This document shows, in pieces, positions 1-13,260 of a DNA stretch of 64,000 nucleotides (its first letter is position 1; each line of letters starts with the position of its first letter). Source of the DNA: Marsupella aquatica (taxonomy: Eukaryota > Plantae > Marchantiophyta); the NCBI GenBank assembly GCA_973895155.1, contig OZ316898.1, forward strand, positions 1,587,927-1,651,926, in the 5' to 3' direction. The translations under genes and the position numbers were made by a program. The notes beneath the pieces are model-generated. The model had not been told where the DNA came from. It was given only the letters and a program-made list of their open reading frames with translations, and did no database searches.

Positions 1-208
1 TCCCTTTTGAACCGGGAGTTGGCACCTTGAGTGGCAGTCCTTAGTGAAGGTCCAGAGGCACCTTGAGTGAAAATTCTTGGTGCCGTTACAGTGCTTCGTG
101 CATCCACCGTCCTCAAAGATATCAACGACCCAAAAGTAGGACTTTCTGATGTCTTCCTGGAGCTGATCCGATCTCCAGGCTGCCGTGGACACCTAGACAA
201 TGGGGAGT

Positions 209-360
209 TGGGAGAACGAGCTATATTGCGAATCAAATCAATTCTCGCAGAGGAACCACCCATTGTAAGGGCTAGATTGGGATCAGGAGAACGAGCTAAA
301 CTGCGGATCAATTCAGCGCTCATGGGGGAGCCAATCATTGTAAAGGCCAGATTGGGTTCA
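209..360 (-). repeat. 75-bp imperfect tandem duplication in probable kinase C-terminal coding sequence
   Basis: ggagaacgagcta at 211 and 286; encodes EPNLAFTM...LARSP / DPNLALTM...IARSP on the minus strand. Confidence 0.75.
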
Positions 361-1659
361 AAAATAGGTGACTCGGGCCAGTCTTGTTCCTTGACATGCC
401 TTGGCAAATTTCACTGGTTCTTGATCCTCACTGTCGCCATCACCGTGGCTCCAACCCCTCCTCGGTAACACAAAGCTGTTACTGGATGGCTCCGAATCAG
501 ATGCAGAGCTAGTCCTTTCCCCAGAAGCATCCTCAGACTTGCTAAATGATACCCATTCGTTTGTGTCTTCACAAAGCTCATCCTTGGGAACAGCAGCTGG
601 AGAGCTCTTTACCATCAGCTGACCGTTCTTCCTAATCTCATCCTTAGGAAGAGCAATTCGACGCACTCTCGGAGGGTTGCCACCAAAAAGGGGACTAGGA
701 AGCTTTTTCTTAATTCTTCTCAGGCCCTCCACGACCTCAGCCATCGTGGGGCGCCTGTCTTTGGACTGCCTCACTGCACGGTAAGCGATGGCACCAAGCT
801 GCTGCACAACCTCAACGTTTTGAGGAGGTTTGAGGGAGATATCACACACAGCAAGAGCGTTCCCCTGTTTGATGAGAGGCACGGCCCAGTCGATGAGGCT
901 GGAAGGGTTGAACCTCACATCAATTGCTTTTCTCCCACTCATAATCTCCAGCAGAAGAATCCCAAAACTGAACACATCGGACTTGGAGCTCAGCTGAGAG
1001 GGGGTCTGATACTCGGGGTCTATATAGCCCATAGTCCCAGCTGGTGGATTCCCTTGCATGGTGATATCCTCCAGCTTGCCTCTGACTGCCAAACCCAAAT
1101 CCGAGAGTTTAGCATCCCAATTTCGGTCAACCAGAATATTGGAAGACTTCACGTCTCGGTGGATAATCGGAGGAGATGCGCAGTGGAGAGCTTCTATGGC
1201 TTTGGCAGCCTGCAAGGCCATATCCATCCTTGCGGACCAGCTCAATGGCGCGGTACCGGAGTGAAGGTTGTCAAAGAGAGTGCCATTCTGCATGAATTCC
1301 ACCACGAGGAGCTTCTCACGTGCCTCGTTGCAAAATCCAATCAAGTTCACCAAATGACGGTGGCGCACCTTGGACAAAATATCCAGCTCGTTGTCAAACG
1401 AGATGGCATCCTGGAGAGTCCTCCGACCCAGAGTCGGCCTTTTCACCGCCACCACCTCGCCATCATTCAGCACCGCCTTGTAGACAATCGAGTGGCTGCC
1501 TTTCCCCAATATTCTCTTCTGGGAGAAGTTGTTGGTCGCTCTTACTAGCTCTTGAAAATTGAACACTCTCAGCCTCCCAAGTTCCACTGCTCCTGACCAG
1601 TTCCGGCAACCCTCGCAGGTACTGACAGCTGAGGGAGTTCTACAATCAATCAAACCCAT
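358..1659 (-). CDS. Receptor-like cytoplasmic Ser/Thr kinase (CRINKLY4-related cytoplasmic group); C-terminus probably continues past the window start via a frameshift
   Basis: Intronless ORF; first ATG at 1659 (MGLIDCRTPSAVSTC, possible acylation motif). Kinase motifs GKGSHS, VAVK, HRDVKSSN, DLG, GTMGYIDPEY, SDVFSFG. The +1 frame is open from about 410 to position 1. Confidence 0.9.
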   Translation of the reverse strand: MGLIDCRTPSAVSTCEGCRNWSGAVELGRLRVFNFQELVRATNNFSQKRILGKGSHSIVYKAVLNDGEVVAVKRPTLGRRTLQDAISFDNELDILSKVRHRHLVNLIGFCNEAREKLLVVEFMQNGTLFDNLHSGTAPLSWSARMDMALQAAKAIEALHCASPPIIHRDVKSSNILVDRNWDAKLSDLGLAVRGKLEDITMQGNPPAGTMGYIDPEYQTPSQLSSKSDVFSFGILLLEIMSGRKAIDVRFNPSSLIDWAVPLIKQGNALAVCDISLKPPQNVEVVQQLGAIAYRAVRQSKDRRPTMAEVVEGLRRIKKKLPSPLFGGNPPRVRRIALPKDEIRKNGQLMVKSSPAAVPKDELCEDTNEWVSFSKSEDASGERTSSASDSEPSSNSFVLPRRGWSHGDGDSEDQEPVKFAKACQGTRLARVTYF

Positions 1660-2814
1660 CGCGCCAACACCTGGATAGATCAATTGCCCTCCTTCCCCTC
1701 CCTTTCCTCATATGTTGAAATCTTCCATCCTACCACGATGCCGGCCATCCACTCCCACATCAAAGTAGGAAACCAATAGCAAGACTAGCAGTTTTTCAGC
1801 TACCCAAGTCTCACTGGTGAACCCGATGCTGTCAACCCAAATTCAACCCTGGGCGAGGGATGGATCCATTCTCGATCCACACCCACCAGAAAGAGCAGCT
1901 GGCGTGATCGCATGCAGGTTTCCCACCAGGCTCATGATCCCACAATTTAGTTCCAGAATGAATTCCATCAAGGAAATGTTCAACTTCAAACAAGCATTCA
2001 TTCCTATGCTGCCAAAGAGCCTGTGTGGGGAGGAGGGGGGCGGCAGGAGCAGTGCGAGCAGCAGCAGCAGCAGCAGCTAGAGCTGCTGCAGAGGCCCTTC
2101 TCTGCCAATGCCAGAAAGAGCAGGACTCCAAAAGGAGAAGGAATTCACGCCACGGCTTCCATGTTGATCCATTATTCTTCGACAAGATCCACAAGAAGGC
2201 CGGAACGATTCAGTTCCCACGAGGACACCACCACTGTTGTGTGTTGTTGTCGACTCCGTGGCAGCAATTCTAGTTCTCCGAGAAAGGATCGAGCGACCCC
2301 AGTGGCGTCGTCACATCCAAAACTGGAGCATCATCGCCGCCTTCAGGGTCGTCTAGCGATTGTCCAGCTCCGAGAATGGAAAAGGCGTTGTCCAGCCGTT
2401 TCACCGCTCTGGCTCTATGCGAGGCCTGCTTTGGTTTCTGTGAAGAATCCATTCTTCGACCGGCACCATCCTCCACCTCCCACGCAGCTCGAGACTCCTC
2501 CAGTCCTCCAGGCTCCAGCTTTTCGACTTTCGAGGGTCGGAACGAGGAACTGACGACTCCAGAATCATCCCCATTAACAGACTCAACTGATTTCCTTTTA
2601 TGATTGCCCCTCCCTGCCCTTCCTCTCCCTCGTTTTCATTCCCTCTCTCTGTTGATTAATTTCTTGGTGACCAGCCCTACTCTAGTCTACTCTGCCACCC
2701 TGAGACAGAACATTAGATTATTAGAACAACCCCTCTCTCTCCTCCCCCCCTCCCCCTCCCCTTTTGGTCATTATGAACGAGTGTTCGTGGGTAAGTCATT
2801 TCCTGCTCTCCCCT

Positions 2815-3262
2815 TTCAAATGCTGCCAGTAAGTCATTTATTGTTTGGGCCTTTCAAATATTGCGTGTTGTCTTTACAGGTTGCCCACTTTGCATTTTGT
2901 TTGCATTTTGTTTCAAATGTTGCCTGTAAGTCATTTATTGTTTTTCGCCTTTCAAATATTGCATGTTGTCTTTCCAGGTTGCCCACTTTGCATTTTGTTT
3001 GCAGTTTGTTTCAAATGTTGCCTGTAAGTCATTTATTGTTTTCGCCTGTCAAATATTGCATGTTGTCTTTGCAGATAGCCCACTTTACATTTGTTTCAAA
3101 TATTGCCTGTAAGTCATTTATTGCTTTCGCCTTTCAAATTTTGCCTGTTGCCTTTGCAGGTTGCCCACTTTGCATTTTCATTTTTCAAATGTTACCTGTA
3201 AGTCATTTATTGTTTTCGATTTTCAAATATTGCCTGATGTCTTTGGAGGTTGCCCACTTTAC
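2815..3262. repeat. Tandem repeat, about 5 copies of an 85-98 bp unit, upstream of the kinase
   Basis: Recurring ttcaaatgttgcctgtaagtcatttattg...ggttgcccacttt near 2815, 2912, 3010, 3094, 3184. Confidence 0.9.
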
Positions 3263-6200
3263 GAAAGTGAACCCAGGATGGACCACCTTGTTGGACTCTC
3301 TTGTGTATCATGTTCTGGTGGTACATGTGAATTTTGCACTTGTAACTTGATGATTATGAGTCTTAAAATAATTTCAGATTTTTTAGGAGGAAGCCTAAAA
3401 AAATACAAGCCCTCGTGTTTCATATTACCACAATGAAAGATTGATCTGAAAAGTTTTACCCCTTCATATTCCATGATGGATAATTCAATCAAATTGGCCA
3501 AAAATCCACTGTCTTTTTGATGAAAGTGTACTTACCTACTCATCTAGCACATCCTCAAATTTGAATTTATGAACATCAAGTTATTACAAATAAACTCAAA
3601 TTTTGGGAGATGTGGTCCATGAGGGTTTCAAAAGACCAACCTTGTGGTCCATGGAAGCATTATTTTCCCCACTTTACACATGAGGTGCATGTGTTTGCAT
3701 TTTTGAATGCTACTTAAGAGTGCTCTATGAATGCACTACACTTGCGTGAATTTTTGAATGCTACTAAAGAGTGCATTCATAGAAAACTCATTTATTGTTG
3801 AGGCACTTTGCACAAAGAAGGTGAAACCATGATGGTGAATGTCTTCACATTTTTGAATACCACCTACAGTGTGCGGATCCACATATATGTACAATTTTCT
3901 CAACAATACTTTGTTGCAACAGGTGTGGCCCAAGAGGCAGGCAATCTACATTGCCGGAAGTGAAATTTTGAGTTCAAGTTTTATTAGTACAGCAACATTT
4001 TGCACAAACCCCGTCCCAAAATAGGGTTGATGAACCACTTGACACTTGGAAAAATTGGAGGTCACTTTTATATCACCTACACAGAAAAGGGTGGTCCCAA
4101 AGTGGCGTTAACCAAAGCTCTTTACACATAGAAGAGTTGGCACCTTAAAAACATTGAAGTTCATTAATTCTCTTGCGGACCACCTAAATGGAATGGGTTG
4201 AGAGACCTGATCGAAGAGTGTCACTTAAAGCAATTGGAGATCACTTTCTTTTCACCTAAAATGGCAGGCATCAACTATGAGTGGGACCCAAGGGGTCCTA
4301 ATAATTGAGTTCTCCAGGAACAATCAAGTGAATTTTTGTTCTCCTCTCATTGTCCTCTACATGTTTTGGTGGAGACCAATCAGTCCATGCACGTTGCCTT
4401 TTGTTTTCCTTTCTTTTTCCTCCTCTTTAGTTGCATACACCATGCACGCAAGTGGTGGCTGCTTACTTTTTTAATTTAAATTTAATTTTCAAGGTGGAAA
4501 ATAAGAGGTGGGTGCTTACCACACTGATATAGCAAAAGATTTTCAGTCCAACCAATAACCGGAAGAAGCTGATTGCAAGGGGCCCATAAAAAATATAATT
4601 TATCTAATTTACCTAGTGACCCACAAAAAATAAGTACAGCTATGGCATTCTTTGCATATTGATTTGTGCGATACTCTTTCTCTGAGCACACACTTTCGCC
4701 GAGAAGCATCAGATGTGCACTTACCTCAATTACTAAGTGTAAGCTGATGGAATTGTGCGCTTATCACATTAAGTACACTTATCAAGGGTTTTCACTTATA
4801 TAGTTGTCATTTAGAAAAAAGGTTTCTGGCCTGTTTGCACTTACATGAAGTGCAAAAAGAGTGCAAAGTCGACTGAACAAAGGGGAAGATGGGGAGAACT
4901 TGCAGTTTAGCCAGGTTTTGCACTTACGAAGTGTGTACTTAGAAATAGACGTGTATGTCCTCCATTGGAGTAATCTGTGGACCGTCAATCCATACACATT
5001 GCCTTGAGATTTAATAAGGCCCAGAATAAGGTGCATGGGACAGAATATGATAAACAGTTAGACAAGTGCCTGCTCAGCTAATCTTATTAAAGCTCACCAA
5101 TCCCCAGACAATTTGTTTGGAATGTAACACCACTGTGGACTCTTGGCGAGTTGGCGGCAGATATAGCCAACAACCCAATCTCATGAGCTGGTGAAGAACA
5201 TTGAAGATGCTGATGGTAATAACAAGAAGTATGGTGAAGTCTAGTGTTTCGTTTGGTTTCCCAATGCAACTGGTGTAGTTCATTCATTCTCGTTTGCAAG
5301 AGTATGTCTGAAGAGAATAGGTACAGTTCGGGTAAAGCTCAGGTACTGCCAATCAAATCGGTACAGTTGTGTAATAGCTGAACTCATGTACTACTGTACC
5401 TAAGCTATCAATAAAATCCAGTAGGTACAATGGAGTCATGTACGTCATACCCTCCCTGGCCCTTTTGAGGTTTTGAGCACCCCATCAAGCCATTCTTTGC
5501 AAATTACACTTTGTCAACATTTGATTGATTTATAGTGATGAGGACCCTGAATGGGACCAAAATTGTCATGCATTATCATTTTGATGTACCATCCCATGAT
5601 TCTTTTATCATAAATTTTGGTGGTACCTTAAAATCATTTTGATGGGACCCTGAAGTCACTTTTTAAAAACTTCACTGTAGCCTAGACGCCAGCTCTAGGT
5701 CCACATCACTATTAATTAGGATTTTTACCGATGATAATTGTGAATGAATATGAATGTCATTCACGAGAGTGGTCCACTTGACTAAGCTCCATTCGACATT
5801 ATGATGTCTCATAACCTACTTTGACTCGTTGTTCACCCTGCTCACAATTCAATAGCCATTTGGCCCTCTTGACTGTTTTGTCTTATCCTCAAATAAGGAT
5901 GTCGACTGGGACGAATTTGATTGCAAAACAAGTGGAAGGAACCTAGGCTCATTTCAAATTGACCCAAGAACAAACCTTAGTTATTTATTCAATTTGCTTT
6001 AAAAGAGTGTTTTGCCAATGACAAGGCCTGGATATAATTGCATCATTGGTTGAAGGGCACTATTTCATCTAAATGTGACTGTCTTTTGAGCCCTTGTCTC
6101 AAAGAGAATTCCCCACATTCAAGTCTCGACCCTTTGGAACAAACCTCAGATACATATCTGTACCATAGTGGATTTTTTTGGTGAACCTTTGAATTGTAGC

Positions 6201-6914
6201 AGCCAAAGTACTGTGGTTCTATCTCGTCCTTTATCAGTGCCTACTCTTGACAACCAAAGGGTGCATGGAATCATCCCAACTCCATGGTGTTAACCTTCAA
6301 ACAAAATAATGTGAAAAGTGGATAATTCTTGTGGAGGTTCTTTATCTAAAGTGTGTGAATCCCTCAACCTATATTTGGGGATAATGTTCTTTTCCGTCCT
6401 CTAGTCCTAAGATTAGCCAAGCATGGGTCCTAGCAACTGACTTGGCATCACAAAATTGTTTTGAGTTTTCACAAGGACTCTGAAATGTTTTGACAGTCAG
6501 ATCCGAATGTTAATAATTATTGCCCAAACCTGGATGCTACTGGGGTAATTGAGAAACTTGCTTCTGGTTCCTTCTCCTGCTGCGATGAGTGCCCATGCTT
6601 CATCTGTCGGTTCACAATAAAATGGCATTCCAATCAACAATTGGGAAACCTGTAATGTACACTACAATAGATATTTTGGGACTGGACTAAAATTTATACT
6701 TCCCAGAAGATTTGGGTAAACATAGGCAGACTCTTGTCTTGAGGTTATCTCTAAGATAACTTGTTGTGATACCTTACCCAAAAACTCCCTCACCACTTTC
6801 CCTCCAACGTGACGTGCAATATGACTTTAGCATATCTTTTGAGAATACACGAAAGATAAGTCTACTTGACCTGAAATATCAATAAGCAAGTATATCCTTA
6901 GTAAGGTGTTCCAA

Positions 6915-7105
6915 AGGGGGCATTCCAATCTACAAACTCTAGATACCCTTACTGTTATAGTTATGTAGGAAAGATTAAATAGGAAAAACATCACCATTTA
7001 CAAATGAGCCAGTTATGATTGGATTGGAGGGGTCCACAAGGAGTCATGTCTCTCATGATTATATAAGATCAACTCTCTAGATAATGTTTTAGAATCCATT
7101 AGAGT
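6915..7105 (-). repeat. Dispersed repeat, inverted homolog of about 25490-25675
   Basis: Reverse complement shares ggattctaaaacattatc, catgagagacatgactc, cccctccaatccaatca, tctttcctacataa and acagtaagggtatctaga with 25.5-25.7 kb. Confidence 0.8.
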
Positions 7106-7544
7106 CTATAATATGCCATTTGAAAAAAGCTCTTGTTTTTTCAAGGGAAACTGCATGCCATGCAATTTGATGCTCCCATGGACCGTAGATCAAAATCACG
7201 TTACTGGAATGAAATAATCAAGAAAAATACATTCAAAATGTCAAGGTTAATTTTCTTGATTAATCCGTTCTTCCAGTTGATTAATCCATTTCACTCCAAT
7301 TGCAAAACCCTTTTTAGCATTCTACAATCCTGAAGGGCCACCCGGGCTCCACCTGGGGCTCCACTTTTCCATGTAAATGCCTTAAGGAGAAAACCCTCAA
7401 TTTTACATTTTGTTATCATTTCTTCTGGTATATAGTTCCTATCAGCTACAGATAAGATACTCACTAGTTGAGATACACATGTACTATGTTCTAACTAGTC
7501 TGATGTATTTCCATGATGTATGTCCATTGCACAAAAGATGTTGA

Positions 7545-8130
7545 GGTGAGCAAAAGATCTCAAGGTGAAAAAAGATGTCAAGGAGAGAAAACGATATCAA
7601 TCAAGTTGAGGAAAAGAAATCAACGTGAGAAAAGATGGCACGGTGAGAAAAAGATCTAAAGATGAGAAAACAATGTTGAGGTCAGGAAAAGATATCAAGG
7701 AGAGAAAAGATGTCAAGGGTGAGAAAAAGGTGTGGCAGTGAGATAAAGATGTCCAGCAAGATATCAAGGTCAGAAAAGATGAAGAGGTCAGAAAAAGATA
7801 GACAACTTACAAAGTTGAGGAGAGGAAAATATATCAATCAAGGACAGAAAGGAAGATGCCCAAGAGAGACAAAAATGATGTCAAACATGATAAAAGGATG
7901 TCGTGGTGAGAAAAAGATGGCAACTAAGGTGAGAAAAAAAGATTTCAAGGCAAGCAAAAGATGTTGAGGACAGAAAAACATGTCAAGGTCGGAGAGAAAT
8001 AGAGGCTTTGCAATGTAGTTGTTGAGACATCTTATGTGTGATCCCGACCACATAGGTTTTGTGTTCAATACCTATGCATTGCGCATAAGATGTTGCGAAA
8101 AAGATGTCATTGCGTAAAAGATCTTGCAAA
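7545..8130 (+). repeat. Degenerate purine-rich minisatellite (gagaaaaagatgtcaaggt-like)
   Basis: Many short variants of gagaaaaagatgt; related tract at about 51880-52270. Confidence 0.7.
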
Positions 8131-9142
8131 AGTGATGAGAGAGAGCGTGAGAATTGATAGCAACCAAGGCAGGCACATTGACACAACCCTAGGTGGAGGG
8201 GGACATTCCACCCTCCTCCTCGTGGCCTTCTCTCCCCCTTTCTCTTGGGCTGCCTCTTGGGTGCCCATTTTCTATCTCTTCTTTCTCCCACTATTATGTA
8301 CTTTATTGATTCACCTTCCTTTGCTCCACTTTGTCTCATCCCCATTCATCTCCTCACCCTAAGTACTTATATGAATATATTGTACTATTCAGTCCCTCAC
8401 CCCCTCACCTTGGATGCGTCATTAATTTTCCCTCCCTACTTTGAACTTTAGGGCTCCCTGGTCCTTGTGCCCTCATAATGGTGTTCCAAGTGCCCCCATC
8501 CCCATGGCAACACATGGCACTCACACCTCGCATGTCATTATGCCCCTCATATAAAATCTTTGTGTTATACCCAAATTCCTTCTTGTGTGTGCTTTGGTTT
8601 GGGAGATTGATCTTTGGCTAATGAAAGGCTCGGATAAAACAAAATCTCAATCTAATGGTCATTAAATGTTACTCCAAACGTCAGTTTGTAAATGGACAAC
8701 CCACCATTTTGGTAGGATTCCGTATTATAGTAGTAGATGAAGCTCTTTCTTTAGTCATTCTTTTGAAAGATTAAAGCTTCATCCACTAGTGATCAAAAAA
8801 TGCAGTCAACCTTACTCTTTAAACCATTGACATGTTTAAAATTTTGCTTTGTTTTTTGGCTACCGCTATGTTCATGAAGTGTGTTTGAGAGTCCATCTTT
8901 TTTGAGTGATCAAATTAAGTTGGATCAGTGATCACATATATGGTTGGATCACACTTCACTTCAAAGAAAGTCGGTAGCAATTTGCCTTTGACTCTCATTT
9001 CCCATTCCTACATGGCAGACAATGGGGGTCACTTTTGTTCAAAACTTTGCACTAGGATCACACAAGATTCAAGGCCTTGGCCAGGGTCACGGCTCACTGA
9101 CTTCTTGTCACGAGGGTGTCTGGGTACTATTGCAGTTCCCAT

Positions 9143-9503
9143 TGTTAGGATTAACTCTTAGGTCTAGAGTTACAACTGTACCGCAATTAGGGCTAACCTT
9201 AGTTGCAGACTATGTTAGGTTAGTCATGTTTTGCACACACTATATCCCAAGCGGTGTTTGCTTGAATAGATGGAACTCAGGCTCATTATTACGGAACTGT
9301 TGAGAGATAGGGATCGAGAGCTTGTGTTGTGGATGCTTAATATGGCCGGTCAGCCTAGAGTGTTGTAAAGCTCTTGTGTGTTCCCATTGACATGGCCTCA
9401 TGTGGAGGTGAACCACGTATCTCTCTATGTCGACTACTTGATCGTTGGATGCGGGGTTGGATGGTTATGCGCATGTTGTTGTGACCGTCATCTTTGCTCA
9501 ACA
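9143..9503 (+). mobile_element. Solo LTR with 5-bp target-site duplication
   Basis: Starts TGTT, ends AACA, flanked by CCCAT at 9138-9142 and 9504-9508; homologous to 48420-48812. Confidence 0.85.
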
Positions 9504-10699
9504 CCCATTTGGGCGGTTTAATCTGGTTCAGGGAGTTTTGTTTGTTCTTTGTGTTGATCGTTGCTTTTTGACACGGTCCTCCATTGAATAAAGTCATGCC
9601 ACCATCTTCCCCTAAACACAACTCCATAACTTGAATTTTATTGGTCCTCTTAAAAAATGTCAACATAACATATCAATGCCCGGGCATTGTGTTTGAGCTG
9701 GACCCCAATCTGTTTGGCATTCAGGTGCAAATTCATGACTGAAATGACAACTCCATCATACTCTGAGCCTCATCATGCAGGCAAATCAAAACAGGCAACT
9801 AGGGTCTTGTTTGTATTACAATAGGTTTGTTCTCTACAAGAGTTAACTCAGATTCTCAAAGAGGGGAAAGCCCAAGAAACAACTTGTACTCCCTAGTAGC
9901 CAACCCCCGAGCCAACCCTCTCCCCCGCACACATATACACAGACTCCAAAAGGGGGGATTGAAGTTGGGACTTCTAGATTCAAAGCTCGCACCAAGTGAC
10001 TGAGTGCTAGTTTTGTATTTGTGAAAATGGAGTAGGTTATAATTCCACCAGTCAATATGTAAACCCTGCCTAAGGTACTAGCCGGGTCATGCATCATCCT
10101 CAAGCTCCCACCCTTGCGGACTTGGGGCTTACAAACTTTAGGGCCATAATGTACACCCACTCATTGTAAGTGTGCTAGCTATACCTCCCACAAGTGTGGA
10201 CGGAAAGCCTATGAATATTCCTTATGGGCCATACCCATTGCTAGCCCCGATCAAGATATTTCCTGTTTTAAATTTCTGTGTCATTGGTGTGGATCAGGTC
10301 CATGGCCATACTACCCAAGCATCGTCTAAAGTTCCAATATCTCACTTATCAGGTTTACTAAGGCTCAATATCTCAGGCTCCTCTTCAGGGGCAATCTCCT
10401 GTAACCCCTCAAGATGACAGATGGGTTTCCTCATGTAAACCTCCATTTTCAGAGCCTCTCTAAAAATGCTATAACCATATTAGTACTATGTAACCTATAT
10501 TATGCATAATGTGACCCATGCGCTAGAGAGTTTTCTTTTTCAATAAAACCTAAACGGGAAGCAAGGGGGCAAAGATAGCCCAAGCCAAGGGATGCAAGGG
10601 ACCAGAGCGAGGGCCACAGCCCCAATGTTTCACCCCAAGAGGGAAACCCAATTGGGCTTTGACAACCAGAAGAGCCATTGGAGGCGGCTCTAACCACAA

Positions 10700-11975
10700 T
10701 TTAGAAAGTGTTATTCCTATGACACTGACCCGCGTTGTCCGGGTGACCGTGTTTTCTGGAAAGAGCATGTTGGCTCTTTTGAAGTTAACCTTGCATGCTC
10801 ATAAGTTCTACACTAAAATCAAAATGATAATTCTAGTAACAAGGGTAGTGGGTATTAAAAAAGGTTCAGGTGAAACTAAAATACTGTTAAACCCTACTTC
10901 ACCATACTTGCGGACCAACACATCACGAAAATTAGTTTTCTTACGACATATGATCCTAATATCTCCAAGAGAAAATGAAACAAGAATATCATCCGGACTC
11001 TTATTCAGATCCATGACTTCAATAAAGGACAAAGATGATGCACTCCCACTCCTCTCGGTACGACACCACTGGGTATATTATTGGCTCGTTAGAAACCATA
11101 ACAGCAGTTGCAAACTGAGCTCCAAAATGATAGGTTAGATGTTGCCTCATAGATGGTTTGTCTAAAAGATGGACTCTAATCAAAAACGGATTACGAAGGG
11201 GAAGATCAGGGATAACTCTCTCTCCTGGATTCATGATGGCTCTCCTATTCCTTTGCTATCCGGGCCAAAGGACGCCCCACCCCTATATTTCTAAAGAAAC
11301 CTTATTCCCTAAGGTCCCATCTATAAGTCTACCACTCATTCCTTTGCTATCCGGGCCAAATGACGCCCCACTACTATGTTCAAGGCACAAAAGAGTTTCC
11401 CAACCTTGAATGATAAACACTGCGGAATGAGGGGAGAGTACCTCTCACCACTTTATTTATAGTGCACACCAAGAGGGCATGGATCAAGCCCAAGCACTTG
11501 GATGAAGGCCAAGTGTCAAACATCTAATACCTAAGAGTGTGCTAGTACTATTCATAGTTGGTGAAACTACTTTTAGTAGGTGGAACTACTATGTGTTGGT
11601 GGACCTACTATGCGTTGGTGGACCTACTGTGCGTTGGTAGAACTACTATGCGCTGGTGGACCTAAGTCTGTGCGTTGGTAGAACCACTATGCGTTGGTGA
11701 ATATTATTGTAGTTGGTGGAACTACTCATATGCATTGGTGGAACTTCTATAGTCCGTTAATATAGCTAAAGAAGTTTAATAAAGTTTAAATTTAATAATC
11801 TAACTACTAAATTACTTATATAATCTATAGTATATTAAAATAAACAATTTTTTATAACTTAAGAGAAAATCACGACAGCGTACTTGCAACTCCTAGTGCT
11901 TTAACTGTTGCAGTTAATGTGATTACTCTATTAATATTAGCCAAGGAGTGCCTCCTTTTATGTTAGCTGTGACAT
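10700..11975 (-). mobile_element. Degenerate retroelement-like remnant
   Basis: Decayed coding-like tract, internal duplication (ggggcgtc.tttggcccggatagcaaaggaat) and an LTR-like TATA region near 11455; no intact domain recognised. Confidence 0.3.
11555..11750. repeat. About 19-21 bp minisatellite (gttggtggacctactatgc-like)
   Basis: About 9 direct imperfect copies. Confidence 0.85.
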
Positions 11976-12269
11976 TCATACTCCTTCTCTTATGATCCAA
12001 TGACCATACTATGAACTCCATTTCTAATAGTACTAGTCTAGTAGTGCATCCTCTTATTGTTAGCCCTGACATTCATACTCCTTCTCTTGTGATTTTCAAG
12101 AGCTAGAGTAATGATTACCAATCCTACAGACAGGGGTCCAGCCATTGTCCAATCTATTATCTAACCCAGACCGTTGATTGACCTCACAATGTTGGGATCA
12201 AAATTGGTTTCCAAACCCATCACTCTAACGCAGACCCCAACCAGACATTCCATGTGAACTGAGTGAATG

Positions 12270-12550
12270 TGTTTGTTGTGCTTCAGCATACTCATCGGGG
12301 GCATTCACTATTCTTAGGGGTGGTTGGTTTTAATGCCTCTAGTTGAATTAATTTGCTTGACCTTCCTAACTTTGCAGTTCACTCCTGAACTCTTCAGTCT
12401 GCTGATAGATGGGGTTGTGGGTGTTTATGTCCTTGGTTGTTCTTGTGCTAGGCTTTTTGGCTCCTTGGTTGGCTCCCCTTGATTAGGTCATTCATCTATG
12501 GGATCATGGCTTCCAGTTGTGCATCTTTTTCTTTTTGGCAGGTTGAAATC
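12270..12550 (+). mobile_element. Degenerate 3' fragment of the CRE-like element
   Basis: ttcactattcttag...gtggttggtttt...ccccttgattagg...gggatc...ctttttggcag resembles the ORF end and 3' UTR of the 17.2-21.3 kb element. Confidence 0.55.
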
Positions 12551-12849
12551 TATAGGTATATGATCACAATCATAAGCTACTCACGAGGCCTCCTCTCTAG
12601 AGTGAAGCCCTAGGCCCAACTCTAACTAAGGGCATAACTTAAATTAGTTTGAGGACCCCTTGCTTATTTAACTTTGATGTTATTCAACAACTAAGTTAGA
12701 GCACATGAAGAGTTGCATAATTACTAGAATAGCTTTGAATATGGAGATGAGGGGAAAAAATTGTAGATTTTTCATGGTAGTATTTCATGCACATCTTTCC
12801 CTTGGTACTCCATGTCCATAGAGGCCATGCAAAATGTGTCATAGAAGCC

Positions 12850-13260
12850 GAAATGGTATTCTTTATCCATAGCAGGTGAAGGGTTTCTTATGTTACTTGA
12901 TGTTCTTTTGTCCATAGTAGCCGAAGGTTTCTGATGTTACCTTGGTAAATGTCATAGTAGTTGAAGAGTTTCTTTCTAACCATGGTTATTCCAAAAATTG
13001 CTAATTAAATAGAAAACCCATACTAGAAAATATTGATATATCAATCGTAATGCATCCAAATATTATTTACTTTTCACCCCTTTCTTTGTTCCTTTCATTT
13101 TTCCATTGTTTGTACACTTACAAAGATTAACCTTTTTCTTACTTCTTCAAACACATATAGTCTTGTTTGGTGCTTTGTACAATGGACCCTTCTTGTTTGT
13201 GACCAATATTAATGCTCATATGGCAGCACGTGCTTCCGGTAATTTTGGAAGGAGGTCCCT
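12850..13260 (+). repeat. Dispersed repeat homologous to about 26340-26765
   Basis: Shared tgtccatagtagccgaagg, ggtaaatgt, ttttcacccc, ttgtgaccaata, tgcttc...tggaaggag. Confidence 0.8.

Noticed and set aside
820-1548. 242-aa plus-strand ORF
   Set aside because: Antisense shadow of the kinase
2604-3350. 248-aa hydrophobic ORF
   Set aside because: Translation of the tandem repeat, non-ATG start
5900-6900. Possible decayed L1 ORF1 with zinc knuckle on the minus strand
   Set aside because: Too degenerate to support without a profile search
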